Assembly (NCBI GenBank): GCA_963675525.2
Contig: CAXXSL010000001.1
Location: forward strand, 32,001 to 96,000
Length of the DNA: 64,000 nucleotides
Source: Anaerohalosphaeraceae bacterium
GTDB lineage: Bacteria; Planctomycetota; Phycisphaerae; Sedimentisphaerales; Anaerohalosphaeraceae
Reading direction: 5' to 3'
In this document: in pieces, positions 1 to 10,391 of the stretch
Layout: each line of letters begins with the position of its first letter
How positions within the stretch are numbered: the first letter of the stretch is position 1
Made by a program: the position numbers and the translations under genes
The notes under the pieces: model-generated
Database searches by the model: none
What the model saw: only the letters and a program-made list of their open reading frames with translations
What the model was told of the DNA's origin: nothing

Positions 1-852
1 GTTCTGAAGAACCAACTGCTCCCGGCAATGATTCAGTGGATGGAGGCGAAAAATTATCCCTTCACGTTTAATACCCAGGCTTCCATGAATCTTGCCGATG
101 ACGAGGAACTGATGACATTGATGGTTCGAGCAGGCTTTGACTGTGTATTTGTGGGCATCGAATCGCCGGATGAAACCAGTCTGACCGAATGCAACAAGGT
201 GCAAAATACCGGCCGTGATATGGTTGCTGCGATCAAGAAGATCCAGCAGTTTGGCATGCAGGTGCAGGCGGGTTTTATTGTCGGCTTTGACAGCGACAAG
301 CCGGGTGTGTTCGACAAAATGATAAACCTGATCCAGGACAGCGGCGTCGTCATGGCGATGGTGGGCTTGCTCAATGCCCCGCGGGGAACCAGGCTCTACA
401 AGAAGTTGATGAGCGAAAACCGATTGACAACGCCGCCCACGGGAGACAATATGGACTGCACCATGAATTTTATCCCACGGATGGATATACACCAGCTTCT
501 GGGTGGCTATCAGAAGGTACTCAATACGATCTACTCCCAGAATTACTATTGCAAACGGATCAAAACGTTTCTTGAGAACTACAATTTCAGCGACACCATT
601 ATGCCCAAAGTGCGATATTCCAATTTAAAAGCTTTTTTCAAATGCATGTGGCGGATCGGTATGATCGAGAAGGGAAAAATTCACTATTGGAAGCTGATAT
701 TTTGGTCGCTCAAAAAACCGCGAAGGCTGCCGTTGGCCGTCCGTTATTCAATCTACGGATTTCATTTTCGCAAGATGTTAAAAACCCTTCATCCTCAGAT
801 GGAAGAACTTGTATCATCCTCGAATCAACGCAACAACGTTGACCACGGATAG
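1..852 (+). CDS. B12-binding radical SAM protein (DUF4070-type), C-terminal part; 5' end lies outside the window
   Basis: Frame is open from base 1. Motifs TQASMNLADD, VFVGIES and GFIVGFDSD, plus a C-terminal 'Y.RIKTFL...GFHFRK' region typical of this family. Confidence 0.85.
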   Translation, partial: VLKNQLLPAMIQWMEAKNYPFTFNTQASMNLADDEELMTLMVRAGFDCVFVGIESPDETSLTECNKVQNTGRDMVAAIKKIQQFGMQVQAGFIVGFDSDKPGVFDKMINLIQDSGVVMAMVGLLNAPRGTRLYKKLMSENRLTTPPTGDNMDCTMNFIPRMDIHQLLGGYQKVLNTIYSQNYYCKRIKTFLENYNFSDTIMPKVRYSNLKAFFKCMWRIGMIEKGKIHYWKLIFWSLKKPRRLPLAVRYSIYGFHFRKMLKTLHPQMEELVSSSNQRNNVDHG

Positions 853-871
853 ATATAAAACAAAAGGGAAA

Positions 872-1233
872 ATGGATGAGAAGAAAAGCGGATTGATCAT
901 TGGAAAGGGTACGACTGTTGAGATCATCGAGACAATCCGTACACCCACGTAGGGAAAAGTGTGCCTGCTCGGAATGGACGTCACGAAAAAAAACGCAAAA
1001 TCGTTTGCCGCATCGGCGTTCTCCCACAAGGGTTCAGCTCGTTTGACAGGATAACGGTAAGAGAGACACTCCCGTACTACTCGAGACTTTTCAACTGCCG
1101 GAACACCGATATCGATGGGCTGATAGAACCGGCGAACCTCAAGCGGAAACGCGATGAGCGGTTCAATACCCTCTCCGGCGGATTGAAACATCGCCTCGGA
1201 ATTGTCATTGCGCTCGTGAACAACCCTGAGGTT
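872..1233 (+). pseudogene. ABC transporter ATP-binding protein remnant
   Basis: Reads GKGTTVEIIETIRTPT*GKV (degenerate Walker A, in-frame TAG). A frameshift at a poly-A run leads to IGVLPQ...LSGGLKHRLGIVIALVNNPEV, which stops before Walker B. Confidence 0.8.
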
Positions 1234-1349
1234 GCTCGCACCAGACAGGTCACCCGGTTGCCGCACTTGATCAACCGTCACACTAAGTGTTGCCCAATGA
1301 AACCACAGCCCCCAGTCACCAGCACAGATTGTGGAACCCTATTGTTCAT
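1228..1349 (-). pseudogene. NAD-dependent epimerase/dehydratase N-terminal remnant
   Basis: MNNRVPQSVLVTGGCGFIGQHLV*RLIKCGNRVTCLVRATS: Rossmann GxxGxxG motif, internal TGA at 1278-1280, truncated. Confidence 0.8.
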
Positions 1350-1450
1350 AGTCGGTAGTATAATGGTGCAGCAATTATTTGTATTTTATTTTTGGGTTCT
1401 CTGCTTGCACAAAATGGATTTCCGCTGACAGTGACACAGAGATTGCCGGA

Positions 1451-2245
1451 CTACTCGTTGATTTTTTGGGTTCGATATTGAATGTAGACGTTGCGCATCG
1501 CCACATAGGGATCCAGTGCATCGGCCTTCAAAGCTTCATACTCTCCGATGTGAAACGAGGTCTCGTTGGTAACCCTTGTCGCGGAGATGCCGATCGCCGC
1601 TTCGGTGGGTTCGACATAAAAAACCGGATTTAGAAACATATCGCCCACCATACCGACGGAATCTCGTAGAGTCGATGGGCCGAAAATAGGCAGGACAACA
1701 TAGAAACCGTTACCAACACCATAGGTCGCAATTGTCTGGCCCAAATCCTCCCTGGCCGGAGGCGCTAAGTCGTGTCGATCCTTTGCCGGGTCGCCGAAGC
1801 CAAGAATCCCTGCGGTCGTGTTGACCCAGAATCGCTTCAGTTCCATATCGGCGACAGTTTTTTTCCCTTGAAGGTGGCAATTGACAAACCGGACAGGTGT
1901 CGTAAGATTCTGGAAGAAATTGCCGATGCAGATGCGTGCCGGTTCCGGGGTGACATGTGTGTATACTTGTGTAACGGGTTTAAGCAGCCAGAAGTAGAAC
2001 GCGTCATTGACATGGTACATGATGCGATTGACCGGTTCCAGAGGATCGGCCACTTCAACGACTTTTTGTTCAAACTCCTCTTCAAATAAATCAAAATCGG
2101 CATTGGCCGCTTGCTTAGTGGGGTCATTAAAGGCCCGTACAGGAACCGGAGATGAGGATGTTGTCTCCGAAACCGCGCACCCGGACACCATTACCGCCAC
2201 GATGGCGAGAATACAAGCCCTTATTTTCATGGTATCTCCCTTCAC
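1451..2245 (-). CDS. mlaA: MlaA/VacJ family lipoprotein
   Basis: Lipobox VSGC; DPLEPVNR, EDLGQT, YVVLPIFGPSTLRD and DPYVAMRNVYIQYR motifs. Confidence 0.92.
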   Translation of the reverse strand: MKGDTMKIRACILAIVAVMVSGCAVSETTSSSPVPVRAFNDPTKQAANADFDLFEEEFEQKVVEVADPLEPVNRIMYHVNDAFYFWLLKPVTQVYTHVTPEPARICIGNFFQNLTTPVRFVNCHLQGKKTVADMELKRFWVNTTAGILGFGDPAKDRHDLAPPAREDLGQTIATYGVGNGFYVVLPIFGPSTLRDSVGMVGDMFLNPVFYVEPTEAAIGISATRVTNETSFHIGEYEALKADALDPYVAMRNVYIQYRTQKINE

Positions 2246-2293
2246 GAACAGTTATGGTCTTTCAGAGCTATTATATGCTTTCTTCGCGAACAA

Positions 2294-4816
2294 TCAACTC
2301 TCTTTGCCAAAGGGTTTTAACAAAATCAGCATGACTGGCAGAAAAGTGAGAGCGGCCAGAATCGCCGTTAACATGACTAATACCGTCAGCAAACCGAAGT
2401 AGACCGTCGGGATGAAATTTGACACGGTCAGAATCAAAAAGCCAATGATGATCGTCACTGACGTGTCATACATCGCATGGCCAATGCTTCCATGGCACCG
2501 ACGCATCGTCGAAAGGTATTTGTGATCTTTTTTAAATTCGGATTCAAATCGGTGGATGTAGTGAATCGTGTCATCGACCGCTATCCCGAGGCTGATCGCC
2601 GCGATGGTGATCGTCATCATGTCCATAGGGATGTCGAGCCACCCCATCACGCCTAACATCACCAACACCGGCAGCACATTCGGAATCAGTGCGATCACAG
2701 ATACTTTCAAGGACCTGAACAGGATTAAAAACATCACCATCAGAACCAACACCGTCAGTCCTAACGTAACGATCTGTGATCCGAACAGGTTTTGCAGCAT
2801 ATTGTTGTACAGGACCATCATTCCGGCAAGATGAACATGGTCCTTGCTGAGCCCAAGTGTTTCGGGCAGGTCTTTGTGGATCTTTTTCAGTAGCTCGTCA
2901 CGACGCAGGGTCTTTTCCGAATCTTTGATGCGGACCCAAAACCGCGCCTGATTATCCTCCACTGAGATATACGGCTTGATCAGCATTTCTCTGAATGAGT
3001 CCGGGGTTTCGTTGTAAAGCAAAGCCAGCTCAAAACTGTCCAATGGTTTGCCATCGGTCAGTTGTTCGGCAACACTCAGCACTGTGGCCATTGACATCAC
3101 TTTGCCGGTTTCGGGCAGGCCGTCAAGATAAGCATGCACGGATTTGATGCGGCTCATCTTGTCCGAGGTGAACCAGTATTTGTCCTCACTGGCGGCCGTG
3201 TCGAATTCAGCGAATTCATCGAACACGTCATCACCTGCCAGTATCACCGCTTTGGTGGCCTCTGACTGCGCCTCGGATTCTTCAAAATCTATCAAGACAT
3301 CCAGAGGCGTCGTGCCACCAAGGGATTGGTCAATGACTTTCATCCCTTTGTAAATTTCCGATGATTTTTTGAAGTAATCAATAAATGAGTTTTCCACTCT
3401 CAGCTTCGACATGCCCATTACGCTGACAATAAGAACAATGGCACTGACAGTGAGAATCAGTGCAGAATGCGACTCTGTAAATCCAGCTAACGTCGCTGTC
3501 AAGGAAAAGCGGGGGTATTTCCTGCCAACCGGCATATCTTTGGGCATCAGAATCAGAACCACTGGAAAAAGCAGAAAGGTCACAATCAACGATATAACCA
3601 GTCCCAGCATCATCATCCTGCCGAACATGATGACCGGCAGCATATCACAAAAAGCCAGGGATGCAAAACCGGCGATCGTGGTTATTGTCGTGTAAAAACA
3701 AGGCTTCAACATCAGCCGGATCGTCTCTGAAATTAATTCCCGATTCGGGGCCTGCGGTTTTTCCTGCCGCAGTTCCCGGTATCGCACGATCAGGTGTATC
3801 GTCAGTGACGTTGTGATGATCAGTTGCAGGGAGATGAAATTAGATGAAACGACCGTGACCTTCCAACCGAGCCATCCCAGCAAACCTGCCATGATGACAA
3901 TCGAAACCAAACTGCAAAGCATCGGCAGGCAGATCCATCGAATTCTCCGAAAGATCATTCCAAGCATCAGCATCAAAAAAAACAGCACCCCGAAACCGAA
4001 GTACTTCAGGTCATTTTTGATGAATGTGATCATGTCGTCTGCGATCATGCCGATGCCGCCGAGAAACAGGTCGCCCTCGCCGCGATACATGTCGATGATC
4101 TTCCGTATGGCAACAATGTTTTGATGACGCTGCCGTTTTATTTTGTCGCTGTATTGCTGCATCTGCTCAGTCAGATGGTTCAGTTCGGTATGTTCTGCCG
4201 AAGTCAAATAATGCGATGTTTCTTCGTGCAGCAGTATACCGCGCCGGTCTTTCAGGTCACGATAACTCTCGTCGTCAAGTAAATTGATCAGTAAAGCCGT
4301 TGTCCGTAAGTCATGACTGACCAGAAGGTCCTGATAAATAGGGCTGTCACGGAATTCTTTTTTTGCCATATCACGGTCAACACGCTCGGAGGAAAGCGTG
4401 GGCAACTCTTCCGTCAGTTCCTTCAGTGACAGTGGCGGGCTTTCCAGCAGGGGAACATCCAGAATTGAAACAACAGATAAGACTCCTTCAAGTGATTCCA
4501 GTTCGTCTTGCAGTTGAGATAACGTTGCCAGTGTCTGGGGGGAGAATAATTCGTCCTTCGGCGTAAACGTCAGTATCAGGAAGTCATTTTTTCCATACTG
4601 CGAACTGATTAAACGCGAATAACGCAAGTCCTTGTCGTTTTGCAGCAACAGTGTATCTGCAGAAGCGTCCAGTCTGAACTGTTTGGCCTCAACGGCAAAA
4701 AAGACAACGACCCCCAACAGGCAGCCGATCACGATCTTGGGATATTCCAGAATCACCCGGTCGAAAAAAGAGGCAATCATTGAGTTGCGTTTCGTCATGA
4801 TTATGGATCCATCCAT
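2294..4816 (-). CDS. MMPL/RND family transporter
   Basis: Two TM bundles with large periplasmic loops; GIAVDDTIH motif. Confidence 0.9.
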   Translation of the reverse strand: MDGSIIMTKRNSMIASFFDRVILEYPKIVIGCLLGVVVFFAVEAKQFRLDASADTLLLQNDKDLRYSRLISSQYGKNDFLILTFTPKDELFSPQTLATLSQLQDELESLEGVLSVVSILDVPLLESPPLSLKELTEELPTLSSERVDRDMAKKEFRDSPIYQDLLVSHDLRTTALLINLLDDESYRDLKDRRGILLHEETSHYLTSAEHTELNHLTEQMQQYSDKIKRQRHQNIVAIRKIIDMYRGEGDLFLGGIGMIADDMITFIKNDLKYFGFGVLFFLMLMLGMIFRRIRWICLPMLCSLVSIVIMAGLLGWLGWKVTVVSSNFISLQLIITTSLTIHLIVRYRELRQEKPQAPNRELISETIRLMLKPCFYTTITTIAGFASLAFCDMLPVIMFGRMMMLGLVISLIVTFLLFPVVLILMPKDMPVGRKYPRFSLTATLAGFTESHSALILTVSAIVLIVSVMGMSKLRVENSFIDYFKKSSEIYKGMKVIDQSLGGTTPLDVLIDFEESEAQSEATKAVILAGDDVFDEFAEFDTAASEDKYWFTSDKMSRIKSVHAYLDGLPETGKVMSMATVLSVAEQLTDGKPLDSFELALLYNETPDSFREMLIKPYISVEDNQARFWVRIKDSEKTLRRDELLKKIHKDLPETLGLSKDHVHLAGMMVLYNNMLQNLFGSQIVTLGLTVLVLMVMFLILFRSLKVSVIALIPNVLPVLVMLGVMGWLDIPMDMMTITIAAISLGIAVDDTIHYIHRFESEFKKDHKYLSTMRRCHGSIGHAMYDTSVTIIIGFLILTVSNFIPTVYFGLLTVLVMLTAILAALTFLPVMLILLKPFGKES

Positions 4817-4830
4817 CTGATATTTATGGA

Positions 4831-5472
4831 TCAGGGCGTCGCCGGTTTTTCAAGCTGTGAAATAAGCTCCTCATAAGAGCCGTGACTGAGCGTGTCCGTG
4901 AATTGCGACCGGTACGTCAATATAATGCTGACGCCCTGTATTTCGACATCATAGATTTTCCAGCCGTTTTCGGCCTTACGAAGCATGTACAAAATGGTTA
5001 TGTTTTTGTCGCCGGAAACCAGCAGCATCGGGATCTGGACCGTATTCTTTTTTTGAATGGCTGAGCCGATGGATGCTTTTTCGTCTTTGTAGAGCAGGAT
5101 TTTCTCCCGATAGGCGTCTTTGAGCCGCTTAACAAAAAGCCGACTGAATGTCTCATACTGAGAAGAAGTTAATTTCGACCAGTTCGTTTTGCCCAATGCA
5201 AGTTTGCTCATGAGCGAAAAATCGAAGATGGGGCTGACAATTTTATTGATGATCTTCTCTTTGGACGCCTGGTCAATATCTTTGCTTTGGAGCACTTTGA
5301 TTACGGCATTCCACTTGACCTGTAACACCTCGTTCGGGTCGTTCGGATCCTGAATAACAACTTCCCACTTGGTCAATAAGAGTTCGTTCGGATCATTCGG
5401 ATCTTCGAGGTCCGCTTTGACAACCTGACTGGCAATCAAGAGAACAAAACAAACACACCAATGCTTTTTCAT
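4831..5472 (-). CDS. MlaC/Ttg2D (HpnM-like) lipid-binding periplasmic protein
   Basis: Signal peptide; FDFSLMSKLALG and WKIYDVEIQGVSIILTYRSQF motifs. Confidence 0.88.
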   Translation of the reverse strand: MKKHWCVCFVLLIASQVVKADLEDPNDPNELLLTKWEVVIQDPNDPNEVLQVKWNAVIKVLQSKDIDQASKEKIINKIVSPIFDFSLMSKLALGKTNWSKLTSSQYETFSRLFVKRLKDAYREKILLYKDEKASIGSAIQKKNTVQIPMLLVSGDKNITILYMLRKAENGWKIYDVEIQGVSIILTYRSQFTDTLSHGSYEELISQLEKPATP

Positions 5473-6103
5473 GCCCTATGCCTTTATGTAATTTCCACTT
5501 CCATGTCCACAACAATTAACATTGTATTTTTGAGCCGGCAATGCTGCAAGCCTAAAAGGACTGGACACGTCAACTTTTACAAAATACCATAATTTCATTA
5601 TGCATTCGTTTAATACAGATGATAACTAAAAATCAACTACAAGTCATCCCTAAATCCGGTATTAAGCCGTTATTAATACTAAAAACCCTGTTTTTCATAA
5701 ATTTTGGATAGGTTCTTTTCTTGCAGTCAATATCAAAACTGGATACACTTATCTATAAGAGCCTCCTGTTTAAAAGGGTATGGGACCCGCTTCCTGCGGG
5801 ACCACATAAAACAAAATATCTCGGGCGTGACGCACGGCCCTGCATATTATAACCTCTTGCGGGAGATTCCGGTTACATAGTTCTTTCCAACTGAAGTCTT
5901 GTGGCATCGGTTAAGAACCAATACAGCAATGCCAACTGTTTTTGTCTTCATGGTAAGTCCCTTTCGAATACCTTCTGCTCAAGGACTGATTATAGGGGAC
6001 AGGGCGAAAGACGGCAAGTTTTTTGGCTTTTCAATTTTGGGGGCAGATAAAGTTGTTCTTCACCTTCGCTGCGATTTTGAGCTATCGGCGAAATATCACG
6101 CAA

Positions 6104-6138
6104 TAAAAAAGGCCGGAGTTAACCGGCCTTTTTGTTTT
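6104..6138. terminator. Intrinsic (bidirectional) terminator downstream of nrdJ
   Basis: aaaaaaggccgg-agttaa-ccggcctttt inverted repeat with A/T tails. Confidence 0.8.
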
Positions 6139-6172
6139 TGTAAGCTGTTCAAATTATGAACAGCTTATAATT

Positions 6173-9100
6173 CTATGAGCATCCCATTGAGTTACCGCAG
6201 TTGAAGCATCTGTAGCATGTTCCGTTCCGGACGCAGATGCTGCCGCAGACGTCACAGGCGGGGGCGTCGTCCTGGAAGTGGTTGAACTGTTCGTTGAACT
6301 GGTTCAACGCCTGAGTACCGTCGGGATTTGTGATCGCGGCGGCCACCGTTTCCACCACGCGGTCGGCAAAGCGGTCCGAAGCGGGCTTGGTGACGACCCT
6401 GACCTGCGGGACGGAAGGGGGTATATGGGGCGGTTGCTTTTTTTGTTGTGCGGCCTTGGCCTCGTCGATCTTCTTGGCCAGGTCCTGTGTCTTCTGGACA
6501 AGCTGTTTGGCGGTGGTGCTGGACTTATTCTCGCCTCCAGCGGCGGGGGTTCTGTTGGGCGTGTTTTTTTCCGCGTATCCCGGGATGAACTGGCAGCCCA
6601 TCCAGCAGAAGATATAGTCGATGAGGCTCTTGGCGAACGGGATATTCTTGTTGCTGGTCATGCCTGCCGGCTCGAAGCGAGCGTGACGGAACTTATCGAC
6701 CAGTGTGATCAGCGGAACGCCGTACTGCAGGGCCATGGAAACACAGGTACCCACGACATCCATAAGGCCTCCGACGGTGCTGCCCTCCTTGGCCATAGTG
6801 ATAAACAACTCACCAGGCTGGCCGTCCTCGTACAGCCCCACCGTCAGATAACCTTCGTGACCTGCAACGGAGAATTTATGCGTAATGCTCTGGCGTGTTT
6901 CGGCCAGACGGCGTCTAAACGGACGCGCGGGTGCAACGGCCTCCTCCGAAGCCTTTTTCTTCTTGTCGCCGGTCTTTGAATCCGTGTTTACAGGTTGGAG
7001 GCGTTTGGAGCCGTCGCGGTAGATAGCGACCGCTTTCAATCCGAGTTTCCAGCCTTCCATATAGGCCGAAGCGATCTCTTCGGCATCGCTTTCCTTCGGC
7101 ATGTTGATCGTCTTGCTGATGGCCCCTGAGAGGAAGGGCTGTACGGCGGCCATCATTTTCAGATGGGCCAGGTAATGAATATGCCGGCTGCCGTTCTTGG
7201 CCTTGAAAGCGCAATCGAAGATCGGCAGGTGTTCTTCTCTTAAATGGGTGGATGTTTCGATGGTATCGTCGGCGTCAATGGTTTCGCAAATCTGGCTGAT
7301 CTCGTCGGGCGTATAGCCGATGCGTTCCAATGCCATGGGGACGGTCTGGTTGACGAGTTTGAGCATGCCGCCGCCGGCGAGGAGTTTGTATTTGACCAGC
7401 GCGATGTCCGGCTCGACGCCGGTGGTATCGCAGTCCATCATGAAGCCGATGGTGCCGGTCGGGGCTAGTACGGTGGTCTGTGCGTTGCGATAGCCGTGTT
7501 GGGTGCCTGTGTCGAATGCTTCGTCCCAGGCGTCTTTGGCGGCGCTGAGCAAATAATCCGGGCAGTGCATTTCCGGAATGTTGTTGGCGTGGTCGCGGTG
7601 CATGGCGATGACACTCATCATGGGTTCTTTGTTCAGGTCGAAATCGGCGAATGGGCCTTTGGCCGCAGCCAGTTCGGCACTGACGGCATAGGCGGTTCCG
7701 GTCATGATCGCCGTGATCGCCGAGGCCCAGGTGCGGGCCTGATCGGAATCATAGGGCATCGCCAGGCTCATCATCAGGCATCCGAGGTTGGCATAGCCCA
7801 GACCCAACGGACGGAAACGGTGGCTGTTATCGGTGATGCGTGCTTCGGGGTAGCTGCCGTTATCGACGAGGATTTCCTGGGCGATAATGAACAGGCGGAT
7901 GGCCCGCTTGAAGTTATCCAGATTGAAAGTGCCGTCTTCGTTGCGGAATTTCATCAGGTTCAGCGACGCGAGATTGCAGGCGGAGTTATTAACGAACATG
8001 TATTCGCTGCACGGGTTGGAGGCGTTGATGGGGCCGGAGTTCGGACAGGTATGCCACTTGTTGATGGTGCTGTGGTACTGCAGGCCCGGGTCGCCGCAAA
8101 TGCGGGTGCCTTCGGCAATCAGTTCCATCAGTTCCCGGGCGGAATGCGTTTCGATTTCCTCGCCGGTGGTGATGGATTTGGTGACCCATTTGCCGTCCGT
8201 TTCGGCCGCTTCCATGAATTCATCGGTAACGCGAACGGACAGATTGGCGTTCTGGAACATGACGCTGTTGTAAGCGTCGTCGGGGGTATATCCCTGATCG
8301 ATCAGCGCCCATGCTTTCTTTTCTTCTTCGGTTTTGCAGTTGATGAAGTCCTTGATATCCGGATGATCGATCATCAAAGACTGCATTTTGGCGGCGCGGC
8401 GTGTCTTGCCGCCGGACTTAACGACTGCGGCGATCTGGTCAAAGACCCGCATAAAGCTTAAGGGGCCGGACGGTCTGCCGCCGCCGGAAAGCTTTTCCCT
8501 GCTGCTGCGGAGCGTTGACATGTCGGTGCCGGTCCCGGAGCCGTGCTTAAAGAGCATCGCCTCGCTGCGTGCCAGCCGCATGATGTCATCCATCGTGTCA
8601 TCGACGGACTGGATAAAACAGGCCGAGGCCTGCGGGTATTCGTAACTGCTTTCGCAGAGGACGGATTTCTGTTCGGTTTCGTCCCAGCGGAAGTTATGCT
8701 GGCTGCCTTTGACGCCGTACACATCGAACAGGCCGACGTTGAACCAGACCGGTGAGTTGAACGCGCCGTACTGATTGACGCACAGATAGGTCAATTCGTT
8801 GTAGAAGTTTTCGGTATCTTCTTCGGTTTCGAAGTAGCCGTCTTTCTGGCCGCGGTCGGCAATGGCCCGGCACACTCGGTGCACCAGTTGCTTGACGGAG
8901 TTCTCGCGCTGGCCGGAGTGTACGTCACCGTAGAAATACTTGCTGACGACAACCTTGGTGGCTAACTGACTCCAGTTGGCCGGCACTTCGACGTCGTTTT
9001 GCTCGAAGATCGCCTTGCCGGTTTCGTCAGCGATCTTGGCCTGTCGTTTTTCCCACTCCAACTCATCGAACGGATGTACGCCGGGAGTCGAAAAATGCGT

Positions 9101-9205
9101 TGGTATTTTAAGTCCTTTTTTATCCATTTTCCGGGAAGTTTCCCATGGTTTAAGCCCTGAATTGATGATACTTTCGTCTGTCTTAGGATTCCGTTCTTCG
9201 GACAT
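6173..9205 (-). CDS. nrdJ: Adenosylcobalamin-dependent (class II) ribonucleotide reductase
   Basis: FNSPVWFN, QASACFI, SNPCSEY, ACNLASLNL and APTGTI motifs; TSCPD-like domain; C-terminal CxxC...CxxC. Confidence 0.96.
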   Translation of the reverse strand: MSEERNPKTDESIINSGLKPWETSRKMDKKGLKIPTHFSTPGVHPFDELEWEKRQAKIADETGKAIFEQNDVEVPANWSQLATKVVVSKYFYGDVHSGQRENSVKQLVHRVCRAIADRGQKDGYFETEEDTENFYNELTYLCVNQYGAFNSPVWFNVGLFDVYGVKGSQHNFRWDETEQKSVLCESSYEYPQASACFIQSVDDTMDDIMRLARSEAMLFKHGSGTGTDMSTLRSSREKLSGGGRPSGPLSFMRVFDQIAAVVKSGGKTRRAAKMQSLMIDHPDIKDFINCKTEEEKKAWALIDQGYTPDDAYNSVMFQNANLSVRVTDEFMEAAETDGKWVTKSITTGEEIETHSARELMELIAEGTRICGDPGLQYHSTINKWHTCPNSGPINASNPCSEYMFVNNSACNLASLNLMKFRNEDGTFNLDNFKRAIRLFIIAQEILVDNGSYPEARITDNSHRFRPLGLGYANLGCLMMSLAMPYDSDQARTWASAITAIMTGTAYAVSAELAAAKGPFADFDLNKEPMMSVIAMHRDHANNIPEMHCPDYLLSAAKDAWDEAFDTGTQHGYRNAQTTVLAPTGTIGFMMDCDTTGVEPDIALVKYKLLAGGGMLKLVNQTVPMALERIGYTPDEISQICETIDADDTIETSTHLREEHLPIFDCAFKAKNGSRHIHYLAHLKMMAAVQPFLSGAISKTINMPKESDAEEIASAYMEGWKLGLKAVAIYRDGSKRLQPVNTDSKTGDKKKKASEEAVAPARPFRRRLAETRQSITHKFSVAGHEGYLTVGLYEDGQPGELFITMAKEGSTVGGLMDVVGTCVSMALQYGVPLITLVDKFRHARFEPAGMTSNKNIPFAKSLIDYIFCWMGCQFIPGYAEKNTPNRTPAAGGENKSSTTAKQLVQKTQDLAKKIDEAKAAQQKKQPPHIPPSVPQVRVVTKPASDRFADRVVETVAAAITNPDGTQALNQFNEQFNHFQDDAPACDVCGSICVRNGTCYRCFNCGNSMGCS

Positions 9206-9224
9206 TCTTACCTCCCTGTATGAA

Positions 9225-9271
9225 ATACAAGATGTTGAATAATAGTATAATTAGATAACAAGATGTAGCCA
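9225..9271. promoter_or_regulatory. Tandem NrdR boxes upstream of nrdJ
   Basis: atacaagatgttgaat (9225-9240) and taacaagatgtagcca (9256-9271) resemble acaCwAtATaTwGtgt and are 31 bp apart. Confidence 0.8.
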
Positions 9272-9520
9272 TTTAGCTAATACGCACTATAGCGTTCTGT
9301 GGTTACGATGCAAGCGGGAAAAATCAAAAATAATGTTTATTTTTCGTTAGTTCTTGAAAACAAGAGATTAATGATGGAAAAATTTTTTTGGAGATCAAAA
9401 GATGCGTTTTTATCGGTTTTCTGGCACGCTTTTTACTATCTTTCTTTTTTTGTCAAAAGGTGGTATGTTCTTACTATTGTATAAGGTGTTCTTTGCCGAT
9501 TCAGAGTAGGAGCCGTTTGG

Positions 9521-10297
9521 GTGATGGATAACCGAAAATACAAATTTAGGATGATTTTTATGGATCGACGGAATCACAGGCTGCTGTTGGTTATGCTGTT
9601 GACGGTTTTTGTTTTTTTTGCCGGCTGCATGAACAGACCGTGTGTGTTAGTGACCGGTTACTGGCCGCCGACAAACGAGATGCTGAGGCCCTTTAGTAAG
9701 AACCGTGCGTTGAATCCTCATCGTTGGCAGGGCAAAAACTGGCAGGGCACCGGTTATGATGTGGTGGCTTTTTTTCCCGTGTTTGAGAAAGGCACGGACG
9801 TGAACCCGAAAGGCAGCGGCGATTTTGAGGTGGATTATCAGGATACACTTGGGGATTTCAGGTGGTTGACGCTGACATTGCGGCCGGAGGCGATCATTTG
9901 TTACGGCCAGGGCGATGGCCCGTGGGAGATCGAACAAAATATTCCGTTTCGTCAACACTGGCGGTACGATTATAAAGAGCCGAAGCTGCCGGATTGTTTT
10001 TGCGGGTATATCGAACGGCACGATTTTGGGGATGTGCTGGCCTCAACGCTGCCGGTCGAAAAGATCGAAGAGAATGTCAGCAACAACGTGCCCGGCATGA
10101 GGGCGTGGGTGGATTGGGAAGGGGACCCGGGCGATTTTCTCTGCGGGTATCTGGCATTTCTGGCCGCGGACTATCAGCAAACGCATGAAAACTGCAAGGC
10201 CGCCGGATTTATTCATGTCGGTGGCGATGTGGATGTCCTAACCGCCCGAAAAGCCAACGAGGTCACGCTGAAAACGGTGATTGAAAACATCCGGTAG
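9521..10297 (+). CDS. Pyroglutamyl-peptidase I (C15)-like lipoprotein
   Basis: VLVTGYWPP, GDFLCGY (catalytic Cys) and AGFIHV (catalytic His); lipobox FAGC. True start may be slightly downstream. Confidence 0.72.
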   Translation: MMDNRKYKFRMIFMDRRNHRLLLVMLLTVFVFFAGCMNRPCVLVTGYWPPTNEMLRPFSKNRALNPHRWQGKNWQGTGYDVVAFFPVFEKGTDVNPKGSGDFEVDYQDTLGDFRWLTLTLRPEAIICYGQGDGPWEIEQNIPFRQHWRYDYKEPKLPDCFCGYIERHDFGDVLASTLPVEKIEENVSNNVPGMRAWVDWEGDPGDFLCGYLAFLAADYQQTHENCKAAGFIHVGGDVDVLTARKANEVTLKTVIENIR

Positions 10298-10391
10298 GGA
10301 CAGATGGTAAACAATGATGCACTGGTTGATTTTGATGATTTTGCCGTCCTTGCCGCCGAATGGCAGCAATAAGTCGCCCCTGTTCTGTTGC

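Noticed and set aside
5847..5951. 34-aa minus-strand ORF MKTKTVGIAVLVLNR... with an RBS
   Set aside because: Too short to call; probably a truncated gene start.
6278..8755. Long antisense ORFs opposite nrdJ (similarly opposite the efflux operon and the GT3-like gene)
   Set aside because: Shadow frames of high-GC3 genes with no recognisable motifs.
6173..9300. Intein in NrdJ or a cobalamin riboswitch upstream
   Set aside because: Catalytic motifs are contiguous with no intein termini. The leader shows NrdR boxes but no B12-box.
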